A stretch of 64,000 nt of DNA from Myxococcota bacterium (GTDB taxonomy: Bacteria > Myxococcota_A > SURF-8): assembly GCA_965140415.1 (NCBI GenBank), contig OZ223209.1:4608001-4672000 (forward strand). The letters run 5' to 3'. The notes under the pieces are model-generated. The model was not told the origin of the DNA. It did no database searches and saw nothing but the letters and a program-made list of their open reading frames with translations. The stretch's first letter is position 1. Each line of letters opens with the position of its first letter. Of this stretch, positions 29,903 through 39,220 are shown piece by piece. The position numbers were made by a program, and so were the translations under genes.

Positions 29903-29943
29903 GAATCACCTCCTGATGAAAAACCTCACCACAGGCATACACT

Positions 29944-29959
29944 AGCAAGGAGAATGCCA
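29944..29959 (-). promoter_or_regulatory. Sigma-54 (-24/-12) promoter for the CFI-CTERM/beta-barrel(/truA) operon
   Basis: Minus strand reads TGGCATTCTCCTTGCT with correct GG-N10-GC spacing, about 40 bp before the ATG. Confidence 0.75.
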
Positions 29960-30507
29960 GGACGCAACCAAATTGCATTTTCATTTTAATGATTTGAAAT
30001 TACAGGAGTATTTAGGCGACCTGACTAGCTGAGACTTTCCTGTTGCTCCAGACGAACCGGATTGGGCAATTCAAATCGAGACAGTTTGTCATTTTTCCAT
30101 AAATCCCAATAAATCTGTGACATTTTGTCAGTTCTCCTGCTCAGTTTTCGTGGTGATTCGGTTCGCTATGTGTTTTTCCGTGTACGAAACAGGCGTCATT
30201 CTGGATATCAACTAGGGATCTCTTTGAAATTACATGAGATTATCCTGTTCGACTTCAGAATGACACTCCCCTTGGACCGCCAGAAGCAATTGGCAATCCG
30301 CCTCGATGTGTATTCGAGATTCAAAGAGTGAAAAGAGGAAATCTTTAAAAAGGATTGTATTTGTGTTTTCATGATTGTAAAATAATGGAACCAATCGTGA
30401 ATTCAGGTAGTTGTGTGCATGTGAACATGGATTGGCAACACCGTGACGATTGCCGACATGACAGAAAATGGCACGTTACATGTAAAATTGCGAACGAAGG
30501 GGGTCGC

Positions 30508-30909
30508 ATGATTCGCCGCCTGCTAAATCGCCTGATCCGGACGATCCTTCCCGAAGCCGAGCCGGAAGAGGAAACCCGCGTGCGCAATGTCGTGTACCTC
30601 TTCAGCCAGCAGGACATGCAGGTAGAGGATATCGCCGAAGAGGCAGGAGAACTTATCCAAACGGGTCAGGCAGAGCTTGCCTATCAGCGTTATCCCGTGC
30701 GCAAGGTGTTATATGTGGCGCTGTTATTGGCCCTACAGAAATCGCAGGATCTGGCAGACGATCAAAAACAGGCCGCAGTTCGATCCATCGCCGAAAGTCG
30801 CGATCCCGTGCTTGGCAAAAAACTGCTCCTTTTTTTGATGAAACACACAGACACCGTCATTTCCGCCGAAGCCAATCGAGCCTTGAAAGCATCGCTGAAG
30901 AGTAAATGA
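30508..30909 (+). CDS. Hypothetical helical protein
   Basis: AAGGGGG RBS before ATG 30508. Coherent ORF. Confidence 0.6.
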   Translation: MIRRLLNRLIRTILPEAEPEEETRVRNVVYLFSQQDMQVEDIAEEAGELIQTGQAELAYQRYPVRKVLYVALLLALQKSQDLADDQKQAAVRSIAESRDPVLGKKLLLFLMKHTDTVISAEANRALKASLKSK

Positions 30910-30985
30910 GTTACAACTCCACAGTGGAACCGACTCCAGCAACTTCCAGTCAGGTAAACGTCACCCGATTTACTCAACTGTCCGG

Positions 30986-31738
30986 CTAATTCTTTTTCCG
31001 TTCTTCCGAATAAAATGGTTCAAGATGAGGTTCCAATTGTTCATTGAAAATCTGACCGGAAAGGTGCATGAGGGTATTAAACAGTTCGCTATCTATATGT
31101 TCCATTTGCATGGAAGCAAGACATGGATACTGCATACAGATAAGTCCAGCTCTTGGAACAATTTCATCCACATGCAAACCGTTCATTTTGGCTACGGCAT
31201 GTACCGTAGAGCCACATGGTGAGTAGCGCACGATTTTAACATCGTTCAGCATTCCGGTTTCGGGATCTACATCAACCTTGAACTTTGGTCGACCGAAATG
31301 CTCTGCAAATTCTGAAATTATTTCACATTCGTACGATTCTGAGCTGTTTCTGTAACCGTATGTGTTTCGAGTTAATGTACAGAAATTTCTGGGATAGACA
31401 CTGCATATGCCCGCTTTTGAAAGTTCTTCTTTAATCTGTCCTTTAAGTCCCAATGACAACCATGTTGAGCTTTCAATCGGTGCAATAACTCCTTTCACAC
31501 CAGCTTGGCGCGCCATCTCGGGAATAAGCTGGGCGCAATCGTCTTTCTCGCTTAAAAAAAGGAGAAGATCGCTTGCCGGAATATTGGGTGGCACGAAATC
31601 TTCGGGTTCATCAATGATTTGTGGAAGATTTTTGCTTAGATGAATAGGGTTTATTTCCCAGTGCTCTGGAGCGTATGTTTGCAAATTATTAACGATACGT
31701 TCTCCATATGGTCCCTGAACAACGACGAGTATTTTCAT
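30986..31738 (-). CDS. DUF166-family protein
   Basis: QGPYGERIV, IIDEPEDF, FCTL, FGRPKF, SPCGST and YPCLASM. AT-richer than the flanks. Confidence 0.75.
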   Translation of the reverse strand: MKILVVVQGPYGERIVNNLQTYAPEHWEINPIHLSKNLPQIIDEPEDFVPPNIPASDLLLFLSEKDDCAQLIPEMARQAGVKGVIAPIESSTWLSLGLKGQIKEELSKAGICSVYPRNFCTLTRNTYGYRNSSESYECEIISEFAEHFGRPKFKVDVDPETGMLNDVKIVRYSPCGSTVHAVAKMNGLHVDEIVPRAGLICMQYPCLASMQMEHIDSELFNTLMHLSGQIFNEQLEPHLEPFYSEERKKN

Positions 31739-32060
31739 TCTGGTCGCTTCTCCTTGCGTATTTGATATGGCAGCAGTCTCTAAACTGCACAGAAATTAAA
31801 GCTGCCATAGATATACAGACGTTCTAAAAGCATTATGGGAGATAAGGTATCATGTTGCAATGATCAGTTAAAAATATTTATTGGAAGAAAGTCTTCCGAT
31901 CCTTTAAACATAAATCACGGAAAAATCGCCAAGCGTCGTGACCAGGTTTTTGTGATTGACTTCAGTAAAGCGGGTCTGCGAAGCGAGTATAAGGGGGAAG
32001 ATTATATTTATGCCCGCTGTGTGCGTTCGAGCGATTAGCTTTGCAGACCAACGGTGGTTA

Positions 32061-32639
32061 TTACCCGACATTCAAACCCAGCATCTGTAACAGAGCGACT
32101 GCCTCCGGTAAGCTCACGCGGGTTCCCTTGACGTTGTTTTCGCGCGGGTCGAATGCATAGCCGGCCGCCAGACGGAAATCGGCGTCGCTTAAATCGCAGC
32201 GGGAAAAGAGCGCACCTTCCAGTTGCGCCTCGTTGAAATCGGCTTTCATGAGGCGGCAGGAAACGAATTCCGCCTGGCGCAGGTTGCAGTCTTTAAAGGA
32301 AAGTTCATCCAGTTCGAGATCCGAAAAGAGCGCGTAGGACAGGTCGCAGGCTTCGAAGGACAACTCCAGCAGGGCGTCGTCGATGGAACTGAAATCCACG
32401 CCGGTCAGTTTGCAGTCTTTAAAAGAGGCGTCCCGAAAAGCAACGCGGACGATTTTACAGTTGGAGAGATTGCAGCCGATGAAACGGCAATCCAGAAAGC
32501 GCGAGCGGGAAAAGTCCGCTCCGCTGAAATCGCAGGACTCGAAGACGCAATCCCGAAAGCTGCGGTCGGTGAGCGTTGCCTGTTGGTATTTTTCATTCGT
32601 GACGTGTTCGTCCTGCACTTCCATTTCGTTCGGGTTCAT
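32061..32639 (-). CDS. Pentapeptide-repeat protein
   Basis: Continuous (F/L)xxCx repeats ending in PRENNVKG..SLPEAVALL. Confidence 0.9.
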   Translation of the reverse strand: MNPNEMEVQDEHVTNEKYQQATLTDRSFRDCVFESCDFSGADFSRSRFLDCRFIGCNLSNCKIVRVAFRDASFKDCKLTGVDFSSIDDALLELSFEACDLSYALFSDLELDELSFKDCNLRQAEFVSCRLMKADFNEAQLEGALFSRCDLSDADFRLAAGYAFDPRENNVKGTRVSLPEAVALLQMLGLNVG

Positions 32640-32657
32640 GGCGCGTTTCCGTTTCTT

Positions 32658-33632
32658 TTATTCGACAATCGAAAGGCGCATCGGCGTGCTCTGCCGGTCA
32701 ACCAGCACCCGTCCGTCGCGCTCCAATAAATCCAGATACGCCAGCGATTCCGATAAGGCCAGATACAAGTTGATCGGGTCCAGTTTGCCGAAAACAGCTT
32801 CCGCCAATTCAAAGAGAGTCTCGTTTCCCGCCTGAATGCGCTTGATAAACAGCTTGGCGCGGCGCTCGATAAACATGCGGTTGCGTGCAATCAAGGCGGG
32901 CACATCCTCGATATTCTTCCCGTGTCCCGGATAACCGACTGCGGCCTTCGTTTCGGAAAGCGTCTGTAATGAATCCAGATACTGCAACTGGCTGCGATAG
33001 CGGCGGTAGCCGTTTTCCGGGTCCAGGTAAAGCAGGGGATTGGGAGTGATGTGCGGCAGCAGCATGTCGCCGGAAAACAACTCGCCCGTTTCGGTATCCA
33101 GGTAGCAGAGGTGATCGGGACAATGTCCCGGAGTGTGCAGGCTGGTCAAGCTGCGCCCGCCGATCTCCAGGCGTTCGCCGCCGCGCAACAATCGGATCTC
33201 ATGTGGTTCGCTGTGCAGATCCGCGTTTTCGTCGCTGCGCTTGAATACCTTTCGCATTAAATCCAGCAATTCCGGCTTCGTACCGCAACGGATCAGCACG
33301 TTGAAAAGCCGCTGCAACGAATCTTCATCGCGTCGGTCGGACAATACGCAACGTTCATGCAGGAACAAGGTCGCCTTGCAGCGTTTGGAGAGCCAATAGG
33401 CCGCCCCGGCATGATCGTAGTGGCCGTGGGTGATGAGTATGTCCTGAATATCCGAAAACGTCACACCATGGCGTGTAAGTCCGGCCTCCAGGGCCTCCAG
33501 CGATTGCGGCGTATAAACCCCGGTATCCACCAGCGCCGGTTTCTCGCCCAGTATCAAATAGCTGTTGACATCCCCCACCGGATAGGGCGTAGGCAGTGGT
33601 AACTTGTGGATGATACTCGCTTTATTAATCAT
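32658..33632 (-). CDS. Metallo-beta-lactamase-fold hydrolase with C-terminal winged-helix-like region
   Basis: VDTG, THGHYDHAG, TPGHCPDH, SGD and PGHG. Confidence 0.9.
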   Translation of the reverse strand: MINKASIIHKLPLPTPYPVGDVNSYLILGEKPALVDTGVYTPQSLEALEAGLTRHGVTFSDIQDILITHGHYDHAGAAYWLSKRCKATLFLHERCVLSDRRDEDSLQRLFNVLIRCGTKPELLDLMRKVFKRSDENADLHSEPHEIRLLRGGERLEIGGRSLTSLHTPGHCPDHLCYLDTETGELFSGDMLLPHITPNPLLYLDPENGYRRYRSQLQYLDSLQTLSETKAAVGYPGHGKNIEDVPALIARNRMFIERRAKLFIKRIQAGNETLFELAEAVFGKLDPINLYLALSESLAYLDLLERDGRVLVDRQSTPMRLSIVE

Positions 33633-33921
33633 GGTACAACCTTATGAACGTTTATGCGAATCCAGACGAGAACGCGTTCAGCAGTCGGTACAGATCCTAC
33701 CACGCCAAACCGATGTTGGAAGGGAAAAAAAGAGAAGTTCACCGGAATCGCGACACTTGGGAATACAAACGCGCGCAAGTCGTTCTTTCATCATGATACT
33801 GGGGAGTTTACTTGACAAAAACATGCGGCAATGACAGGATTCGCGAACTTGTGTTGAGGTGCTGTTTGACACGGATCTTCAGGTTACATTCAGAAAAACA
33901 ATCACGAATGAGGAGCGTATA

Positions 33922-35097
33922 GTGGGCGATCACGATCGATACAACGAGTTATGTTGCAGCGAACGTCAGCAACTGGGCGGCGGTATTCTGGAAATCACTC
34001 CCAAGTGTATTTTGAAAACCCACGAAGACCTGTCTCGTGTCTACACGCCCGGTGTGGCGGAACCCTGCCTTAGAATCGCCAACGACGTCACACAGGCCTA
34101 CACCTACACCATGAAAGCCAACACCGTTGCGATCATCAGCGACGGCACGGCGGTATTGGGACTGGGCGACATCGGCCCGCATGCGGCCTTACCGGTGATG
34201 GAGGGAAAAAGCCTGCTGTTCAAGACCTTCGGCAATGTCGATGCCATGCCCATCGTGGTGGACACCAAAGATGTAGATGAGTTGGAAAAGCTGGTGCGCC
34301 TGATTGCACCGACTTTCGGAGGCATCAATCTAGAGGATATCTCCGCGCCGCGCTGTGTGGATCTGATCGAGCGCTTGCAGGATCTGGACATCCCCGTGTT
34401 CCACGACGATCAGGACGGCACGGCGGTCGTTACCATCGCCGCGCTGCATAACGCGCTGAAAGTAACGGGAAAACACTTTACCGAACTGAAAGTCGTGCTT
34501 TCCGGTGCGGGAGCGGCAGCCTATGCCATCGTCAAGATGCTGAACTCCATGGACGGCTCGCCGCGTGAAATCCTGGTCTGCGATTCCAAGGGGATCATCA
34601 ACCGCAAGCGCCCACTGGCCTTCCACAAGGAATGGATTTTAAAGATGCCCGGCGTCGTGGAAGGAGAAGGCAGCCTGGCGGATGCACTGAAAGGCGCAGA
34701 CGTCTTTATCGGTGTGAGTAAGGCCGGGCTGGTCACGCGCGAGATGGTGGCTACGATGAACGCCGACCCGATCCTGTTCGCCATGGCCAACCCCGACCCG
34801 GAAATCACGCCGGAAGAAGCCTTTGCCGGAGGTGCGGCGCTGGTGGGTACCGGTCGTAGCGATTATCCCAATCAAGTCAACAACGTACTGGCTTTCCCGG
34901 GAATCTTCCGTGGGGCGCTGGACGCCCGCGCCCGCCAGATTACACCCGAAATGAAGCTGGCCGCCGCCATCGCATTGGCCGATTACGTGAAAGAACCGAC
35001 CAAGGAAAACATCCTGCCCGATCCCCTGGATAAAGCGGTCGCCATGCACGTCGCCAAGGCCGTCGCCCAAGCCTGGATCAAACAGGCGGATAAATAG
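33922..35097 (+). CDS. NAD(P)-dependent malic enzyme
   Basis: YTPGVA, DGTAVLGLGDIG, VMEGK, INLEDI, HDDQDGT, GAGAA, FAMANP and TGRSDYPNQVNN. GTG follows a GAGGAG RBS. Confidence 0.95.
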   Translation: MGDHDRYNELCCSERQQLGGGILEITPKCILKTHEDLSRVYTPGVAEPCLRIANDVTQAYTYTMKANTVAIISDGTAVLGLGDIGPHAALPVMEGKSLLFKTFGNVDAMPIVVDTKDVDELEKLVRLIAPTFGGINLEDISAPRCVDLIERLQDLDIPVFHDDQDGTAVVTIAALHNALKVTGKHFTELKVVLSGAGAAAYAIVKMLNSMDGSPREILVCDSKGIINRKRPLAFHKEWILKMPGVVEGEGSLADALKGADVFIGVSKAGLVTREMVATMNADPILFAMANPDPEITPEEAFAGGAALVGTGRSDYPNQVNNVLAFPGIFRGALDARARQITPEMKLAAAIALADYVKEPTKENILPDPLDKAVAMHVAKAVAQAWIKQADK

Positions 35098-35223
35098 CTG
35101 GAATTAAAGAGAAATGTGAGAATCGATTTATGAGCAGGATTTTTGTTCTGCCCTTTTCGTTTATCTTGAACCAGTAAAACAATGGCATTCAAGCAGATTT
35201 CATTTCGCCATCAAACAGCCATT

Positions 35224-35478
35224 TCATATGCTACCAACTTCTGTTATGGTAATAATGATTTTCCATGTTGTGACATCGCCAGGATAGGATTTCCAAAATT
35301 CCTTATCTACCATGCTGTCTAATAATCTATCCGCAACAGTGTTCAGGCAGACAAAAATAATGAACCAATAAAAGAACTGCCCGATATGCCGCACATCCTT
35401 CCATCCTGCCCAGTAACCGCGCTTAGGTGAAGGGATAGGAGCGTTTTCCTCCTGCATGTGTGTTTCTTCCACCGACAT
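35224..35478 (-). CDS. Short membrane-protein ORF, possibly a truncated remnant
   Basis: Starts immediately after the 35479 stop. One TM segment, AT-rich, abrupt end. Confidence 0.35.
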   Translation of the reverse strand: MSVEETHMQEENAPIPSPKRGYWAGWKDVRHIGQFFYWFIIFVCLNTVADRLLDSMVDKEFWKSYPGDVTTWKIIITITEVGSI

Positions 35479-36363
35479 TTATTGATCCCCATCCACCCAG
35501 GCTTTGGGAATACAGATGTCGTTTACACAGGTAGTTTCGACATCGTAACAGAAATTTCCTGCACACATGCAGCCATAGGTTCCAAGATGATCAGGCCAGC
35601 ACTCCTCCAGACATATTGTGCCCAATCGACACTCCAACCCTTCCTGACAGGTCTCATCCGGATAGCAGGGACAATTCATGCCTCCAGGACAAACGATTTC
35701 TTCATCGCCATCAATTTCGCTCTCATCCAAGCAAATACCCTCATAGCAAATCCGACCATAAAGGCACCAGCCACCAATGCAAGGACAATGATGCTCTCCC
35801 GAATCGCAATACTCACAAATACCGTCTCTGCAAATATATTCCTCACCCAAACATTCATCATTCGGTAAACAGCTACACCATTCTTCACCGCGGATACACC
35901 CTAGTTCCTCCTCCAAATCGGTTTCCATAAGATCTGAATCGTCCTCCACTTCTTCTAAATCCCCATCGGTAATGCTCTCCGTGTCCCCGTCTCCGTCTCC
36001 ATCTCCCTCACTATCAGGTTCCAGCGAGTCGGAGGAGTCTATTTCCGACGTATCGAGGTCGCATTCGATCTTATCACCATCAACAGACGCATCCGCATCC
36101 AATTCCACTTGCTCCGTTTCGGTCAGATCGCCATCGGCTATGAGATCGAGATCTTCATCAGCTTGATCACGTTCATCCACGTCCAAATCGCCATCGACCG
36201 GGAGTTGATCCGTATCGTTATCGCCCGGCTGGAGTTCCTGCTCGCGATCCATTTCCGTTGATGAAATATCCTGATCACCATTTGCAGGATCGGAATCGGA
36301 GGACGGACAACCAGATGCAAACAGCATAATCCACAGGGAACACAGGATCAGAAACGCTTTCAT
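35479..36363 (-). CDS. Lipoprotein with acidic DGD-rich linker and four Cys-rich repeats
   Basis: Lipobox ASGC, many DGD motifs, and GxxxCxC...C...C..GIC repeats. Confidence 0.8.
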   Translation of the reverse strand: MKAFLILCSLWIMLFASGCPSSDSDPANGDQDISSTEMDREQELQPGDNDTDQLPVDGDLDVDERDQADEDLDLIADGDLTETEQVELDADASVDGDKIECDLDTSEIDSSDSLEPDSEGDGDGDGDTESITDGDLEEVEDDSDLMETDLEEELGCIRGEEWCSCLPNDECLGEEYICRDGICEYCDSGEHHCPCIGGWCLYGRICYEGICLDESEIDGDEEIVCPGGMNCPCYPDETCQEGLECRLGTICLEECWPDHLGTYGCMCAGNFCYDVETTCVNDICIPKAWVDGDQ

Positions 36364-36574
36364 TGAAACCACCTTCTTGGAATCGCGTTAAGTTTCAGAA
36401 ACAATCATAGCTGCTGATTAACAAGGAAATAGCCTATTGATCCATTAACAACGTTCGGTCATGTTTACGCAACGTAAACTTTTAAAAACGAGACAGATCG
36501 AGCAGATTTTTCTGAATGCATGGCAGTAGGACCAGCATATGGAACAGGATAGGAGCCCTGCTCTATCGAATAAA

Positions 36575-36601
36575 GATGGGCATGGCAAATGCCCATCCTA
36601 C
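36575..36601 (-). repeat. GTAG-type REP-like palindrome (copy of 23642-23668)
   Basis: GATGGGCATGGCAAATGCCCATCCTAC differs at two paired positions that keep the stem intact. Confidence 0.75.
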
Positions 36602-36649
36602 TAGATATCTAAGCAACCAATAAGTACTATTAAAGCTCCCCTTCCCTAT

Positions 36650-37477
36650 TTACGACCAGATCCACTGTCCCTTGCCGATGAACACCGCCAGATCCATGGC
36701 AACTGCTGAAATGGCGTGCAGTAACCAGCAATACAACATGCTGCGTGTGCGTAGCGCCAAAGCCCCCAGGATCAAGCCTGCAAACACGGAGGCAAAGACT
36801 TCGGGTACCGGTTTACCGATGTGCAACAGCGCAAAGGGGATCATCTGCACCACGATGGCATACGCGCCGATAGCCGGATACAAGGCAAAGAGCAGGAAAC
36901 CTCGGAAAAAGAATTCCCAGGCAAAGAAGTAGAGTACGTAGAAACTTTCGTACAACAGGAAAAACGACAGCGACTTCAGAGCGTACTTGTTAAGGGGATA
37001 GTGTCGGGCAAAACTTTCCGTCTGATTGGCGAAATACACCACCACAATCATCACGGCGGCAAACAGCGCCAGGATCTTCAAGCCCAGTCGCCAGTCGCCC
37101 AGTTGCAGTCCAAACGCCTTCGGCTTTTTGCGAAAGCCGAGAATCAGCAGCATGGGAACGAGGCCGTAGAACAACGCGGAGGAGGAAAACCAGTAGAGAT
37201 GCGGCATGAGCCGGTGAAAGGAAAAATCCCTGCCGAAATGAATGTAGGCCCGATAGAACCTGGCTTGTCCGTACTCTTCTGTAACAATGATCAGGCAGGT
37301 CGCCGCGATCAATGCGACGGCGGCAAAAAGCTGCATCGGTTTTGCATATTCGCGCCACCACTGGCCCAACTCCACCACGATCCATTTCATGGCATTCCCC
37401 ATTGAAACGTACAATGCGGCAATCATAGCCCAACTCGCCACAAACGGCCAGAAATCGCCAGCCGTTTTCTTGGACAA
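36650..37477 (-). CDS. CPBP (CAAX protease/Abi-family) intramembrane glutamic endopeptidase
   Basis: WEFFFRG, PFALLHIGKP and RTRSMLYCWLLH motifs. Multi-TM. Start uncertain. Confidence 0.88.
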   Translation of the reverse strand: MSKKTAGDFWPFVASWAMIAALYVSMGNAMKWIVVELGQWWREYAKPMQLFAAVALIAATCLIIVTEEYGQARFYRAYIHFGRDFSFHRLMPHLYWFSSSALFYGLVPMLLILGFRKKPKAFGLQLGDWRLGLKILALFAAVMIVVVYFANQTESFARHYPLNKYALKSLSFFLLYESFYVLYFFAWEFFFRGFLLFALYPAIGAYAIVVQMIPFALLHIGKPVPEVFASVFAGLILGALALRTRSMLYCWLLHAISAVAMDLAVFIGKGQWIWS

Positions 37478-37718
37478 AGTGAAAAATCACCATGTCGCGT
37501 ATTGTTATTTTTGGTCTCTATTTGTCAAAGCTGCACTTTCCCTCCCAAATCCTGTAATCTTTTGAATTGACCTTTGAATCCTGCTTCCGTATAGTATTCT
37601 CAAGTGTCATAAACGGACTTCAAGGTGTTACTCGCCACAAGCAGGATGGTTTATGGATTGCCGGGAAGCATCCATACCGTTGTATTGCGATGCACGACAT
37701 AATCGGGAGGACAGGATC

Positions 37719-39011
37719 ATGAAACGCGAGTGGTTGGCGGTTTTATTGATTGGGCTATTGTGTATTAGCTGTTGGGGATGCGAAGAAGACGAGGACAGCT
37801 CGGACGGCGACATGATCACCGACGGAGATACGATCACCGATGGAGATCAAGACGGCAACAGCGTGTGCACTCCGCTGCAAATGAGAAGCTGTGTCTGCCC
37901 CAACGGTCAAGAGGGTCATCAGTCGTGTAACACATATGGAACCGCCTGGGGAGCCTGCGAAGGATGCGAGAACGCAGACGGTGATACATCCCCGGACGGT
38001 GACACATCCACTGACGGTGACACATCCACAGACGGTGATTCCACCCCGGATGGAGATTGTATTGCCGATGGCGATGTCGATGGCGATATACCAGTTGATG
38101 GCGACACGCCAGTAGATGGTGATACACCAGTCGATGGCGACACACCAGTCGACGGTGATACTCCAGTTGATGGCGACACGCCAGTTGATGGTGATACTCC
38201 AGTCGATGGTGATATGCCAGTCGACGGGGATATCATTCCCGATGGCGATGCAGAAGTGGATTCCCAGCAAACAGTCTGTACCGTTGCAGATGGATGTGTT
38301 TCCAACGATGAATATTGTTTCCCGAATACGCCGGGAGCGGATGAAGGCACCTGCCAGCCATATTGTAGTGCGGAAGGGGTAGATTGTCCTGCCGGATATC
38401 GTTGTGACTCCGGCGAATGTGAAGCAATCGAAGGATACTGCCAGAGCGATGCAGAATGTGAAATGGATGAATTTTGCAACAAACTGCCAACAGAAGAAGA
38501 TGGCATTTGCACGGAATACTGTTTCAACGTAGGCGCAAACTGTCCGGCTTCCTACTACTGCGAAGATGATCCTGAAGATCCAAACTACGGACACTGTGTA
38601 CCCAGTGATCAAACCTGCTATCCGTGCAGCGATGACAATGATTGCGAAGCGACCCAATACTGCGGAGTGATCGTCGGACATGATTCCGGTTGCTGTTATG
38701 AAAAGTGCGGTCCCGAAAATCCCTGTCCGGGACCACTGGTCTGCAATACGGAAGGCCATTGCGTAGTCGATGGTGATGTGCAAGATTGCGGCGGGTGCCC
38801 GCCGGGTTACGTTTGCGATACCATATACAGTGAATGTGTGCTCAATTGCCCAGCCTGTCCGCAAGATCACTGCTGCGACGCACAAAGCGCCCCAAACTGC
38901 TATTCCTGCACATGTACGAACCCATCATTTTGCGGCGTATTGCTGCCGCCTTGCTGTTTCGGGTACGATTGTTCGGCAGTCGTTTACGGAGTAATCGGCT
39001 ATTGCATTTAA
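37719..39011 (+). CDS. Lipoprotein with DGD repeats and extensive Cys-rich repeats (paralog A)
   Basis: GGGAGG RBS, lipobox CWGC, DGDTPV x6, Cys-rich modules, ends CSAVVYGVIGYCI. Confidence 0.85.
   Translation: MKREWLAVLLIGLLCISCWGCEEDEDSSDGDMITDGDTITDGDQDGNSVCTPLQMRSCVCPNGQEGHQSCNTYGTAWGACEGCENADGDTSPDGDTSTDGDTSTDGDSTPDGDCIADGDVDGDIPVDGDTPVDGDTPVDGDTPVDGDTPVDGDTPVDGDTPVDGDMPVDGDIIPDGDAEVDSQQTVCTVADGCVSNDEYCFPNTPGADEGTCQPYCSAEGVDCPAGYRCDSGECEAIEGYCQSDAECEMDEFCNKLPTEEDGICTEYCFNVGANCPASYYCEDDPEDPNYGHCVPSDQTCYPCSDDNDCEATQYCGVIVGHDSGCCYEKCGPENPCPGPLVCNTEGHCVVDGDVQDCGGCPPGYVCDTIYSECVLNCPACPQDHCCDAQSAPNCYSCTCTNPSFCGVLLPPCCFGYDCSAVVYGVIGYCI
37977..38250 (+). repeat. Coding 18-bp tandem repeat encoding DGDTST/DGDTPV
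   Basis: Read directly from the sequence. Confidence 0.9.
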
Positions 39012-39220
39012 GAGCGAAACCCGCTCGTAAATAAACAAGTGAGAACACGTCATGAAAAGACGTTGATCTTCGATTAAAAGTACCTTATACTGTGTTCTAC
39101 TTCAATGTGCTTCTGCTTCATGAGTCCGGTCTCGCCACGCACGATCCTGCAAGAAATATTTCCTGCGGAAGGATGGTGTGGTGTCAGCAAACACAGGCAG
39201 TAAAGGGGGAGGGAGAAAAC

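Noticed and set aside
30469-30484. TGGCACGTTACATGTA as a sigma-54 promoter for the 30508 gene
   Set aside because: The -24 box is perfect but the -12 GC is replaced by GT, so it is too uncertain to call.
35476-35481. Read-through fusing 35479-36363 with 35224-35478
   Set aside because: The stop is TAA (not recodable as Sec/Pyl) and the two ORFs have unrelated composition.
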